Shown one piece after another: positions 15,231 through 24,104 of a stretch of DNA of 32,818 bases. A model generated the notes under the pieces. It was not told the origin of the DNA and made no database searches. It was given only the letters and a program-made list of their open reading frames with translations. Positions within the stretch are counted from its first letter, which is position 1; every line of letters begins with the position of its first letter. The position numbers and the translations under genes are program-made. The stretch covers positions 1 to 32,818 of the forward strand of contig CAYQNM010000003.1 in NCBI GenBank assembly GCA_964419015.1, read 5' to 3'. The stretch is from an uncultured Candidatus Saccharibacteria bacterium (lineage in GTDB: Bacteria; Patescibacteriota; Minisyncoccia; 2-02-FULL-40-12; GWA2-44-9).

Positions 15231-16646
15231 ATGACCATGCATTACCGACGCTTTCTTTTTGTCAGAACGGGCGTTGTCTGTGCGATACTTCTCACCTTCG
15301 CCCTGGTTGCCGCGGTGCCGGGAAAACCGGCCATGGCGGCTGTCGGGTCGTGGGAATATCGCGGCGTCAGCATCGAACCGCGCTGGGACGGGGATTTTGC
15401 AAGTGACTCGTTCCGACAATCCGTCGCCAATGCCGCAGCGGCGCATGTCAACTCCATAGCCCTGATCATTCCCCTGCGCCAGTCCAGTATTTTCTCCACT
15501 GATATTCATACAGCATGGAATACGCCAACCGATGCGACGCTGACTTCGGCCATTGCTTATATCCACTCGCTTGGCCTCCGTGTCATGCTCAAACCGCATC
15601 TGGATTCTGACGACGGACAGTGGCGTGCCAACATTAATCCCGCTGACCGTGCGTCGTGGTTTGCGAACTACAAAGCAACGCTTTCTCATTATGCCGCCTT
15701 GGCGCAATCCAACGGCGTCGAGTCCCTGTGCATCGGGACTGAACTCATCAGCATGGCAACGGCGACATCCAACACCGGTAATACGCAAAACTGGAACAAC
15801 CTTATCGCCGCCGTGCGCACCCTCTATCGCGGCCAGCTCACCTACAGCGCCAACTGGGGCGGACCGGGGTTCCCGGACGAGAAAAACCATATTGAATTTT
15901 GGAACACGCTCGACGTCATCGGGATTTCTGCCTATTTCAACTTGAGTCAAGATTATAATGATAGTTCGGTCCAGGCCCAAAAGAACGCCTGGAACCAGTA
16001 CCAAAGCGACATCGCCGGCCTTGCCTCCCGCTGGGGAAAGCCAATCGTGTTCACCGAGGTTGGTTACCGGAGCGTTACCGGCGCACACACTCGCCCGTGG
16101 GATTACTGGCTCGGCGGAAGCCCGAGCGAAATTGAACAAGCCAATGACTACGAAGCGCTTTTTGAATACTGGAACAGCTATTCCTATATGAACGGTGTGG
16201 AATTCTGGAATTGGGAAAGTGATCCGAATGCCGGATGGCCGGGAAGTACAACGTATACCGTCCAACACAAGCAAGCGCAGGACACCATGGCACGGTGGTT
16301 CGGCAACGCTCCGGCTCCCACCCCGACTCCGACACCTCCACCTGCGCAGACGGGCGCCATCGAAATCTGGTGGCCGTCCGGTGGCGCGCGCATCGGCGGC
16401 ACCCAGCCGTTCAAGACCATGCTGGAAAACCGCCCCGTCACCGACCACCAAATGTACTGGCAAGTGGACGGCGACCGACTGAACCCAATGGCCGATAACT
16501 ATCAGGATTATCCTCACAAAGAAACGCTGGTGGATCTGTCCGGCTGGACGTGGAAAGGTGTCGGACCATACACCGTGAACTTCGTCGCCAAGGACGCCTC
16601 CGGTATCATCGCTCAAAAGTCGGTTGATATTTTCATTACCCGTTAA
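15231..16646 (+). CDS. Secreted glycoside hydrolase, (beta/alpha)8 clan GH-A-like (GH5/GH113-like), with a Pro/Thr linker and a C-terminal Ig-like module
   Basis: Signal peptide (..AVPGKPAMAA). Strand-end glutamates IGTELI and VFTEVGY are in clan GH-A spacing. The linker is APAPTPTPTPPPAQ. The C-terminal ~96 aa are homologous to the N-terminal module of the GH6 protein. Confidence 0.65.
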   Translation: MTMHYRRFLFVRTGVVCAILLTFALVAAVPGKPAMAAVGSWEYRGVSIEPRWDGDFASDSFRQSVANAAAAHVNSIALIIPLRQSSIFSTDIHTAWNTPTDATLTSAIAYIHSLGLRVMLKPHLDSDDGQWRANINPADRASWFANYKATLSHYAALAQSNGVESLCIGTELISMATATSNTGNTQNWNNLIAAVRTLYRGQLTYSANWGGPGFPDEKNHIEFWNTLDVIGISAYFNLSQDYNDSSVQAQKNAWNQYQSDIAGLASRWGKPIVFTEVGYRSVTGAHTRPWDYWLGGSPSEIEQANDYEALFEYWNSYSYMNGVEFWNWESDPNAGWPGSTTYTVQHKQAQDTMARWFGNAPAPTPTPTPPPAQTGAIEIWWPSGGARIGGTQPFKTMLENRPVTDHQMYWQVDGDRLNPMADNYQDYPHKETLVDLSGWTWKGVGPYTVNFVAKDASGIIAQKSVDIFITR

Positions 16647-17068
16647 TCTTTCAGTACCGCATAGGGCAGCGAGGTATCAGGGAAAGGCATGGTCTCCCCT
16701 ATTGGAGCAAGAGCATTGTACGCGCGTACTGCTTCCCTGGCCTGGACCGTCAAACGGTCGTACTCATCCTTGCGTTCCCATGTCCACTGGGCGGGGTCGC
16801 CATGCATGCGCCGGAACATTCGAATTTGAGCCTTAAGAAACTCGGCGTGTTTTTTCTGCGCCACAACGCGCCGATCCGAAAAAATCATGCGGTGAGTCCA
16901 TGCCTCGCCCGCTTTCCTGAATCCGGCAGAAGTGATTCCCGCACTCACGACTAAAACACAAAGCGTCACGGCCATGCCAGTTAACACTTGCCGAACGGCA
17001 CTTCGTGCGTGTTCGGTTTTTTCATGGTGAGAGGGGCACAGTGTGCTGAGAAATGGCGATTCTTTCAT
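16643..17068 (-). CDS. Hypothetical membrane-anchored protein
   Basis: ORF 16643..17080 trimmed to the ATG at 17068 (MKESPFLS). One TM segment (MAVTLCVLVVSAGITSAGF). No family recognised. Confidence 0.45.
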   Translation of the reverse strand: MKESPFLSTLCPSHHEKTEHARSAVRQVLTGMAVTLCVLVVSAGITSAGFRKAGEAWTHRMIFSDRRVVAQKKHAEFLKAQIRMFRRMHGDPAQWTWERKDEYDRLTVQAREAVRAYNALAPIGETMPFPDTSLPYAVLKD

Positions 17069-17129
17069 GGTTGTTCCCAAGTAAACCGCGCCATGATGGG
17101 GACACCATGAAAAACTTCATGAAAAAAAT

Positions 17130-17157
17130 TTGACGTATTGTTGGAGTCGGATACAAT
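17130..17157 (+). promoter_or_regulatory. GH6 gene promoter TTGACG-16-TACAAT
   Basis: TTGACG at 17130-17135 and TACAAT at 17152-17157. The -35 region TTTGACGTATTGT is 12/13 identical to the RR promoter -35 region. It is flanked by TTCATGAA palindromes at 17116-17123 and 17189-17196. Confidence 0.5.
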
Positions 17158-17296
17158 GACCGCTTCATGGGATCCTCACGCCGAGTATTTCATGAAGATG
17201 CTCTCCTTAGCGAGTACTCATATCGCGACAGAGGGCGTATCGAATAACTGCGCATATGCCATTTTGCACAGGGACCGGCATCTGCGCTCTCCACAA

Positions 17297-18748
17297 ATGA
17301 AACACATACGTCATCTAAGAACGACAATGGCCGCAGCCGTGACAATCGGCATCGCTATCTCGATGCTCATGCCGCTAACCGCCTCGGCTGGTGATATCGC
17401 CGGAGGCATTGATCTGTGGTGGCCGGTTCCCGGCGCCATGATGAGCGGCACGATGCCGTTCAAAGCGCTCGTCCCCGATCGGAATGTCTGGGAATACCAG
17501 ATGGTGTGGGCCGTAGACGGTGGCCAGCGTAATCCGATGGCCGACAGCTGGGAATCCTGGCCGCACAAGGAGGCCTGGGTCAACTTCGACGGCTGGACAT
17601 GGAAGGGCTACGGTCCGTACACGGTCACGTTCACGGCCTTGGACCGGAATGGCGTAAAAATTGCCGAGCGTTCCATCTCGATCTACGCGAACGGCAAACC
17701 GGCGAGCACGATAAGTCCCACGCCGACGCCTGTTCCGGCGCCATCACCGAGTCCCACACCCACGCCAAGTTCGAGTCCGACGCCCAGCCCGTCCCCAAGC
17801 GCATCGCCTGTTCCTCCCTCCACAGGTGATACGCCCACAGCGACTCCCTCGAGTTCACCCGCGGTGAACTTGTCGAATCCACTCGCCGGATATGGACTGT
17901 GGGTCAACCCGCAGAGCGACCCTGCACGCTGGGTGCGCGATCACCTCGCCAGCGACCCGATCAACGCCGCGCTGATGCAAAAGATCGCCTCCCAGCCCGA
18001 AGTCCAATGGTTCGGCAACTGGAACAACGACGTGCAAAAAGACGTTACCAGCACCGTCACAACCATCACGAACGCTGGTAAACTGCCCGTGTTCGTGGTG
18101 TACAACATTCCCCAGCGCGACTGCGGCGGATATTCCGCGGGCGGCTCGGGCAGTCCCGATGCCTACAAATCCTGGATCCGCTCGATTGCCGCGGGACTGA
18201 ACGGCCGCAAAGCCGCAGTCATCGTCGAGCCGGATGCCCTAGCCGCCATGGACTGCCTGTCATCGGCCGACCAGGAGACCCGCATTGGCCTTATCAAGTA
18301 CGCCATCCAGACGCTCACAAAAGCCGGAGCCGTCGCCTACATTGACGCCGGTCATTCCGCCTGGAAAAGCCCCGCTGATACGGCGAATCGCCTTAAGCAG
18401 GCAGGCATTGACCAGGCGGCCGGCTTCTCGCTGAACGTGTCCAACTTCCGCACGACGGACGAAACCACCGCCTATGCGACGCAGATTTCCGCGCTCACCG
18501 GCGGCAAGCACTTCGTCATGGATACCGGTCGCAACGGCAACGGCCCCGCGCCGGACAACCAGTGGTGCAATCCGTGGGGTCGCGCCCTGGGCGCCAAACC
18601 CACGACGAACACCAGCCAGGCGATCACCGACGCCTATCTCTGGGTGCGCGGCCCGTCCGGCTCCGACGGTCAGTGCAATGGCGGCCCGTCCGCCGGCACC
18701 TTCTGGCCGGAATACGGCCTCGACCTGGCAAAGAACACCAGCTGGTAA
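17297..18748 (+). CDS. Secreted GH6 cellulase (endoglucanase/cellobiohydrolase family 6) with an N-terminal Ig-like module and a long Pro/Thr/Ser linker
   Basis: Signal peptide MKHIRHLRTTMAAAVTIGIAISMLMPLTASA. GH6 motifs VYNIPQRDCGG, IVEPDALA, IDAGHSAW, LNVSNF, DTGRNGNG and WVRGPSGSDG. The ATG at 17297 is preferred over the TTG at 17138. Confidence 0.85.
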   Translation: MKHIRHLRTTMAAAVTIGIAISMLMPLTASAGDIAGGIDLWWPVPGAMMSGTMPFKALVPDRNVWEYQMVWAVDGGQRNPMADSWESWPHKEAWVNFDGWTWKGYGPYTVTFTALDRNGVKIAERSISIYANGKPASTISPTPTPVPAPSPSPTPTPSSSPTPSPSPSASPVPPSTGDTPTATPSSSPAVNLSNPLAGYGLWVNPQSDPARWVRDHLASDPINAALMQKIASQPEVQWFGNWNNDVQKDVTSTVTTITNAGKLPVFVVYNIPQRDCGGYSAGGSGSPDAYKSWIRSIAAGLNGRKAAVIVEPDALAAMDCLSSADQETRIGLIKYAIQTLTKAGAVAYIDAGHSAWKSPADTANRLKQAGIDQAAGFSLNVSNFRTTDETTAYATQISALTGGKHFVMDTGRNGNGPAPDNQWCNPWGRALGAKPTTNTSQAITDAYLWVRGPSGSDGQCNGGPSAGTFWPEYGLDLAKNTSW

Positions 18749-18760
18749 ACACGAAAGTAG

Positions 18761-18799
18761 AGATCACAAAACCGCCCTATCTGGGCGGTTTTGTGATCT
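18761..18799. terminator. Bidirectional terminator between the convergent GH6 and HIT genes
   Basis: AGATCACAAAACCGCCC-TATCT-GGGCGGTTTTGTGATCT, a 17-bp stem with A/T tracts on both sides. Confidence 0.7.
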
Positions 18800-19221
18800 T
18801 AGTTCTTGAATAATTCTTTGTACTTTTGGAATTCTTCGTCGGGGAGGGGGTGGAAGAGATCGGTTTCATGTTTTTCGACGCGCTCATAGATGCCGTCTTT
18901 GAATTCGCGCGGAAGGACGTGGTAGTGGATATGATCGACTTTCAAACGGCTCTGCGCCAGAAACGGACGATAATTCTGTCGTACATCACAACCGGTAGCT
19001 ATCGTCTCGGCGACTTTCTTTTGAGTCAGAAATACCAGGTCAAAAATGGCGGCAAGCTCACTGCTGGCGAGTTCCCAGGGTTTTTCGACATGCCGCTTGG
19101 GAATGACGAGAAAATGCCCTGCTACTTTGCGGGGGTTGCTCAAGATCAGGAAAGCGGATTCGTTTTCCTTGATGAGCCGCTCCGTATTCTTGGCCAAGAT
19201 GTCGCAAAAAGGGCAATCCAT
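18799..19221 (-). CDS. HIT-family (histidine triad) nucleotide hydrolase/transferase
   Basis: N-terminal CPFC and the histidine triad HIHYHVLP. The long antisense ORF 18826..19743 is rejected. Confidence 0.85.
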   Translation of the reverse strand: MDCPFCDILAKNTERLIKENESAFLILSNPRKVAGHFLVIPKRHVEKPWELASSELAAIFDLVFLTQKKVAETIATGCDVRQNYRPFLAQSRLKVDHIHYHVLPREFKDGIYERVEKHETDLFHPLPDEEFQKYKELFKN

Positions 19222-19329
19222 TTTCTTATAGTAAAAGATCTGTGGGACCCGTCAACACACGCAAAAAGGCTCCCGCAGATGAAGGTCGGGTTGGCAAACC
19301 CGGAAACCTTTCTGCGAGAGCCGCATCTC

Positions 19330-19665
19330 TTATCGTCGCGAGGGATATCGTCGTGGGAAACAGCTTTGTTCCCCAACAGTCTGGAGTTGGGCCAGGCGCG
19401 TCTCGCCGCGGGCCAAATCCTCGCGGATCCAGGCCTGCATCTCGATCTCGTCGGCGTCGGAGCATCCCTCCAGACGCCGGTACTCCGCACGCTCCCACGC
19501 TACGCGTGGGAAAAGCTTTTCCGCCTCGTCCATGGCGGCCGACCAGGCGACCTCGCACTGATAGACCCGCCCGGACTCCTCCTCCGAAAACTGGCTGACG
19601 ATGCGGCGAGTACATCCGCCGCACGCGACACCGACCAGAACCATCAGAAACCAGCAGCGTCTCAT
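19330..19665 (-). CDS. Small putative lipoprotein or secreted protein
   Basis: MRRCWFLMVLVGVACGGC is signal/lipobox-like. There are purine-rich SD-like sequences (GGAGGAA, AGAGAGG) upstream and its own promoter. Confidence 0.55.
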   Translation of the reverse strand: MRRCWFLMVLVGVACGGCTRRIVSQFSEEESGRVYQCEVAWSAAMDEAEKLFPRVAWERAEYRRLEGCSDADEIEMQAWIREDLARGETRLAQLQTVGEQSCFPRRYPSRR

Positions 19666-19717
19666 ATCCGCCTCTCTTTCGTTCCTCCGGCCGTTTTATG
19701 GCCGAATCGTAGGTACA

Positions 19718-19747
19718 ATTATACTATAAAACGCACTACTTAGTCAA
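19718..19747 (-). promoter_or_regulatory. Promoter TTGACT-18-TATAAT for the lipoprotein gene, embedded in the 3' end of the GT-C gene
   Basis: Minus strand: TTGACT at 19747-19742 (the Leu-Thr codons of ..NLTK*), 18-nt spacer, TATAAT at 19723-19718. Confidence 0.5.
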
Positions 19748-21289
19748 GTTTCTTGTCGAAGTTGCGGCGCCTGACTGTGTCTGATCGCCATAGCGAAGCT
19801 GGTACGCGGCCAGGGTCATGCCCGGAGATAGCGTGTGATCTTCCAAGCGCTCGAAATGAGTATCAAAGTAGAGCTTGATTGCACGCTCATAGCCTTGGTC
19901 GTAGCTCAAAAGGAGCCATACCCGATCGTGGTTATTGCTGATATCCGCCACTTCGCCAGGAAGACGTTCCTCCGAAAAATCAGGAATGGCCCCCGGCTTG
20001 TCGCGATCCCATATCGGAAGAGTCGTCATCGCGGCCGAGCCGGTGTAGTAGTATTCCACGGGATAGATCGTGAATGGGGCGGATACGACAACGATATCCT
20101 GCGGCTGTGCCCGAGCGTTCAAATACTCGCTGGCTTGGCGATACGACTCCTTGACCGGCGTATCGGCACTGACCGTCTGGCGAACGAACGTCAGCGCCAG
20201 CCCGATGATGAGAAATATCCGCAACGCCCGCGCGAGGGAGGGCGCACACGTCGAAAATGCCCAGCTCAAAAACAAATACAACGACGGCACGGTGAGGATC
20301 AGATATCTTGTGAGGTAGATCGGTTTGACGGCAATGCTTACGAAAAAAAGCAAGACGACCGGCAAAGTCGCAGTTAAGAAAAAATACGCCGTGGGAGGCG
20401 CAAGCCGGCGATCGTTGCTCAAAATGAAAAATGCGAAAAGAACGGCGACGGGCCACAGGGAAACGATGAGCGTGTTGATGTGGTCATCCTGGAATCCGAA
20501 CAAGAACTGTGAAAAGGTATTAAACAAGTTTATGGTCGTCGGCCGGGTCAAATGCGGCTCGGACGCAGCGATGCCGCCCGTGGACAAGACAAACGCCAGC
20601 CACAGCGCCAGGGCCAAGGCGATGATCCCCGCAATCAGCACAAACCTGCCAAACGCCCTGCCGGGAAACAGTTGTCGGTTCGCCAGGTAAAAAACGGCCT
20701 GCGCAACCAGTCCGAACACGAAAAAGTAATGCGTAAATACGCCGAGCAAGGCTGTGATACCGTATGCCCACCAGAGCGTATTCGATGCCACGGGACGGTT
20801 CAAGGCAAGCCGCACAAAACAATACTGATTCACCACGGTCAGAAGCACCAGCAGACTATACATGCGGATCTCGCTCCCGTACCAATTCAAAAAGGGAGAA
20901 CAGGCAACTAGAAACGCCGCAAAAAGCGCGATCGACCGTCGCGCATACGCGGCCATGCCTAAAAAGTATACGGCCGGAATTGTGAGAACAAAAAAGAAAA
21001 GGGATAACAACCGGCCGGTTCGGACTCCGTTACCGAAAAAGACCTGCCAGAAATGCAACAGCGTATGGTAGAGCGGAACATGCACGTCGCCGGCGACGAT
21101 CGCGATCATGCGATTCCAGCTGTGGCTGGTCTGCCAGAGACTTTGCGCCTCGTCGAGGCGCAAACTTTGCCGGGATAGCACCAGCGTCGACACCAGAAGG
21201 GCAAAAACCACCATGGCCGCCAACAAAACCCCGGTGGATGCATCGGTAGCAGCGCCGGTCATGGTGCGACGTGTGTTGGGAGTATTCAT
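19736..21289 (-). CDS. GT-C fold glycosyltransferase (GT39/PMT_2/ArnT-like) with a C-terminal extracytoplasmic domain
   Basis: RLDEAQSLWQ...DVHVPLYHTLLHFW in the first loop, more than 10 TM segments, and a soluble ~150-aa tail. Start at MNTPN (21289) forms an ATGA overlap with the stop of the GT2 gene (21286-21289). Confidence 0.7.
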   Translation of the reverse strand: MNTPNTRRTMTGAATDASTGVLLAAMVVFALLVSTLVLSRQSLRLDEAQSLWQTSHSWNRMIAIVAGDVHVPLYHTLLHFWQVFFGNGVRTGRLLSLFFFVLTIPAVYFLGMAAYARRSIALFAAFLVACSPFLNWYGSEIRMYSLLVLLTVVNQYCFVRLALNRPVASNTLWWAYGITALLGVFTHYFFVFGLVAQAVFYLANRQLFPGRAFGRFVLIAGIIALALALWLAFVLSTGGIAASEPHLTRPTTINLFNTFSQFLFGFQDDHINTLIVSLWPVAVLFAFFILSNDRRLAPPTAYFFLTATLPVVLLFFVSIAVKPIYLTRYLILTVPSLYLFLSWAFSTCAPSLARALRIFLIIGLALTFVRQTVSADTPVKESYRQASEYLNARAQPQDIVVVSAPFTIYPVEYYYTGSAAMTTLPIWDRDKPGAIPDFSEERLPGEVADISNNHDRVWLLLSYDQGYERAIKLYFDTHFERLEDHTLSPGMTLAAYQLRYGDQTQSGAATSTRNLTK

Positions 21290-22818
21290 GCTGACTTTTT
21301 CACACTGATCGGCGCCGGTTTTTGAAGAATTGCCAGCGCTCGTGCCGGTAACGCCGCGGCGATGAACGGGGCGAACATGCCGACGTAGAACGCCGCCCAC
21401 GCCATGTTATTCATGACCGAAGGACTCAATCCGTCCCGCCAGACAGCGACACAACAGCCGATAAGCGCCAAGGCACTGTAAGCCAGATGCGGTGCAACGA
21501 GCGGAAGATAATTGCCCTCGACGGCCTTTTTCGATGTCACGGCGAACTGAACCTTCTCTCCCGCCAAGAGCGACCAGAGCGCCTTGCAATGGATCACAAA
21601 TGAGCTTAACGAAAAAGCGACTGCCCGATAGGTATACGATGAATTGCTCGCCCGACGGAGATTGTAGACGGTGAGGAAAATATACGGCAAGAAGACCGCG
21701 GCAAGCGCCATGGTCGGTGCTTTGAACGGAACAAGTCCGGTGTAAAAAAAGAGCAGGGGGAAAAACGCATTCATCGCAACGACCGGGCCGGTCAAATAGA
21801 AACTTGCTGATCCCAAATACTGGATGCGCTGGTTCCAGGTGAATCCGCGCCGGAACAGCGGATTATGAAGAAAAATGGTCTCCAAGCTCCCCCGTGCCCA
21901 GCGATATTGCTGTTTGGCATACGAGAGAAAATCTTCCGGCGCCAGTCCTTCGGCAAGCACTTCGGGCACATAGACCGATCTCCATCCGCGCTGGTGGATG
22001 AATTGCGACGTCATAAAATCTTCCGTGATATTTTCCATATTCATGCCGCCGACCTCCAGGAGCGCGGAGCGGCGTATGACCATGTTGGTGCCGCACATGA
22101 AAGCGGCATTCAGGCGATTTTTTCCGCGGCAGATCGCCCCGAAAAAAATCTTCTGCTGTTCCCAGGCGCCTGACGTCACCTGGTTCAAGGCATGATTCCG
22201 ATAGAATTGGGGCGATTGGACAAATGCCACGCGCGGATCGTCGAAATATCCCGCCGTCTTTGCCAGAAAGTCCCGATGCGGCACATGGTCGGCGTCAAGG
22301 ATCGCAATGAACGGACTGCCCGTCCGCATCAAAGCATGGTTGATATTCCCGGACTTCGCGCCGCCAGGAATCGTCCGAGTAATGCAGCAGACTCCAAGCC
22401 GTTCAGCCATGTTTTCAATGTCTCGCCAGTTCTCTTTTTTCGCAACATAGCCGTCATTAAGGATAAAAACCCTGAAATTCGGATACCGCATCTGCTTGGC
22501 AGCCCATGCCGTTCGTTCGACAATATCCTCCGGCTCGCCCGCGACTGTGATGAAAACATCGATGGGCGGACGATACGAGGGATCACATGGCCGTGCAGAG
22601 CTGGTATCCCACACCGCGTGAATATAGGTAGCCAACTGCCAAACATGGAACACCTCGCCGGCAATCAACAACCAGAACAACACAGGATTGCCTCGCGGGA
22701 ACCAGAACGCCAACACGAAGAAATAGACAAGGGCGATCGCGAAATTCGCAGCCAACAGAAAACGGGAACCGGGACTTTGCAAGAATCTGGTAGTGGCGGA
22801 TGATTTTTTTTCCATCAT
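21286..22818 (-). CDS. Processive family-2 glycosyltransferase, cellulose synthase-like (BcsA/CslA type) without a PilZ domain
   Basis: Motifs VFITVAGEP, ILNDG, LDADH (DxD), ITEDF (TED), QQYRWARGS (QxxRW) and FAVTSK (FxVTxK). The protein ends shortly after the last TM segment. Start at MMEKK (22818), 11 nt after the GH8 stop. Confidence 0.85.
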   Translation of the reverse strand: MMEKKSSATTRFLQSPGSRFLLAANFAIALVYFFVLAFWFPRGNPVLFWLLIAGEVFHVWQLATYIHAVWDTSSARPCDPSYRPPIDVFITVAGEPEDIVERTAWAAKQMRYPNFRVFILNDGYVAKKENWRDIENMAERLGVCCITRTIPGGAKSGNINHALMRTGSPFIAILDADHVPHRDFLAKTAGYFDDPRVAFVQSPQFYRNHALNQVTSGAWEQQKIFFGAICRGKNRLNAAFMCGTNMVIRRSALLEVGGMNMENITEDFMTSQFIHQRGWRSVYVPEVLAEGLAPEDFLSYAKQQYRWARGSLETIFLHNPLFRRGFTWNQRIQYLGSASFYLTGPVVAMNAFFPLLFFYTGLVPFKAPTMALAAVFLPYIFLTVYNLRRASNSSYTYRAVAFSLSSFVIHCKALWSLLAGEKVQFAVTSKKAVEGNYLPLVAPHLAYSALALIGCCVAVWRDGLSPSVMNNMAWAAFYVGMFAPFIAAALPARALAILQKPAPISVKKSA

Positions 22819-22829
22819 GATGGCGTAGA

Positions 22830-24080
22830 TTACGGGATACGCGTCTCGCGAACGAAGGGACTGTTGGACCGATATGTTCCGACAGCCGGCAAAAGATTCG
22901 GCAGAAGATCGTGATACAGCGCAACGCCGAACCACGCCCAGTTGTCGTCATAATAGCTCAGCTCTCGCTTCCAGGAACTTGTATCAGGATCATAGAGCGC
23001 CCGCAGCTTCTGCTCGTACACCTCCGAGGCATTTCGCGGGTCGGCAACAAGGAAATAACCGATACTGCCGCCATACATGGCCGGCGCCTCGAAAGGAACC
23101 GTCGCTTGTCCGTCATGGCTATAGCCGCCGTAAATAATACCCTTAGATCGCCACTCGCGCTCAAGCGCGGCAAACGATGCCAATGTCGTTCTTGCGCGCG
23201 CTTCGCCGTACCACCGCCAGTCCAGCGCAATTCGCCACGGCACCCGCAATGCGTCGAAGCCATAATCGGCTGTCAGTCCCTCCGCTGTCGCGGGCCTAAT
23301 CACTGCGGTACTGCGGTTGACGAGCGCCCAGTTTGGGGGCAAGCCGGCACTCGGCGAAGCGCCGGCAGAGGCCGCCGCGCTCGCTTGAAGCACGGCATAC
23401 GATGTGTCGATGAGCCCCTCCCAATTATCTTGCGGATCCAGCTCGGCAAACACTCGGTAGGCATAGGGAGCAAAATAGGACGGATTGACGACAATCGCCT
23501 CCCGTGAATACTTCTTCTCAAGATTGTTGGCGGCCAAGTACGGCCGGCCCTTGATGTCGACCACCTCGTTGCGCCAAATATCCCTGATAATCTCGCGGGC
23601 CGAAACAAGATAATCGGTCTGTCCCCATCGGGAGTAAGCAAATAAGAGGGCCAGTGCAATATCCGTGTCTGCGTCGCTCGCCGCATTATCCCCCCCTTTT
23701 TCCGTGAGGACGCCGAAAGAGCCGTCGGGATGTTTCCCATAAAGCCAGGAGAAAAGATGGTCGCCGGGCCGACGAAGAAACGTTTTCGTCCAGCCCCAGC
23801 TCCGGTCGAAAGTCTCTTTGTCGTCCATCCAAACCGAACGCAACAGGGCATAGCTCTCCCCCTCGGATGTGGTCACATTGCCCTGCTGACGATCAATCGT
23901 CCTTCCGCTCGAAGATTCGATATACGCCGATTTGTATGAATTCCAGAGCGCAGTGATCATTTCTTTTGGGGAAAAGACGACCGGAACTTGGCGCTTGCGG
24001 CTGTTATGGTAGGCCGTGGCCGTCACGACGAGGATCGCAACCACAATGAGGATGATGCCGGTAGTTTTCATTGAATGCAT
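22830..24080 (-). CDS. GH8 endoglucanase (BcsZ-like), N-terminally membrane-anchored
   Basis: ASDADTDIALALLFAYSRW matches the GH8 signature pattern, and TSEGESYALL contains the upstream catalytic Glu region. The TM anchor is GIILIVVAILVVTATA. Confidence 0.85.
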   Translation of the reverse strand: MHSMKTTGIILIVVAILVVTATAYHNSRKRQVPVVFSPKEMITALWNSYKSAYIESSSGRTIDRQQGNVTTSEGESYALLRSVWMDDKETFDRSWGWTKTFLRRPGDHLFSWLYGKHPDGSFGVLTEKGGDNAASDADTDIALALLFAYSRWGQTDYLVSAREIIRDIWRNEVVDIKGRPYLAANNLEKKYSREAIVVNPSYFAPYAYRVFAELDPQDNWEGLIDTSYAVLQASAAASAGASPSAGLPPNWALVNRSTAVIRPATAEGLTADYGFDALRVPWRIALDWRWYGEARARTTLASFAALEREWRSKGIIYGGYSHDGQATVPFEAPAMYGGSIGYFLVADPRNASEVYEQKLRALYDPDTSSWKRELSYYDDNWAWFGVALYHDLLPNLLPAVGTYRSNSPFVRETRIP

Positions 24081-24104
24081 GAATGTGCCGCATCAAAAAC
24101 TAGA

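Noticed and set aside
15192-16616. 474-aa ORF on the minus strand covering the whole GH-A-like gene
   Set aside because: It is a shadow ORF of a GC-rich gene. Its translation is Arg/Gly/Val-rich with no motifs, whereas the plus-strand product has a signal peptide, clan GH-A-like catalytic motifs, a PT linker and a module homologous to the GH6 protein.
18826-19743. 305-aa plus-strand ORF
   Set aside because: It is antisense to the HIT gene (clear HxHxHxx triad) and to the SD-led lipoprotein gene, and it has no recognisable motifs.
9510-22935. N-terminal extensions proposed by the ORF track: typA to 9659, the FAD oxidase to 12715, the GT-C to 21400, the GT2 to 22935, the GH6 to 17138 and the kinase to 27177
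   Set aside because: - The extensions use alternative start codons.
- They encode Arg/Cys/Ser-rich non-protein-like peptides.
- They overlap neighbouring genes or promoters.
- They precede canonical family N-termini or signal peptides that begin at internal ATGs.
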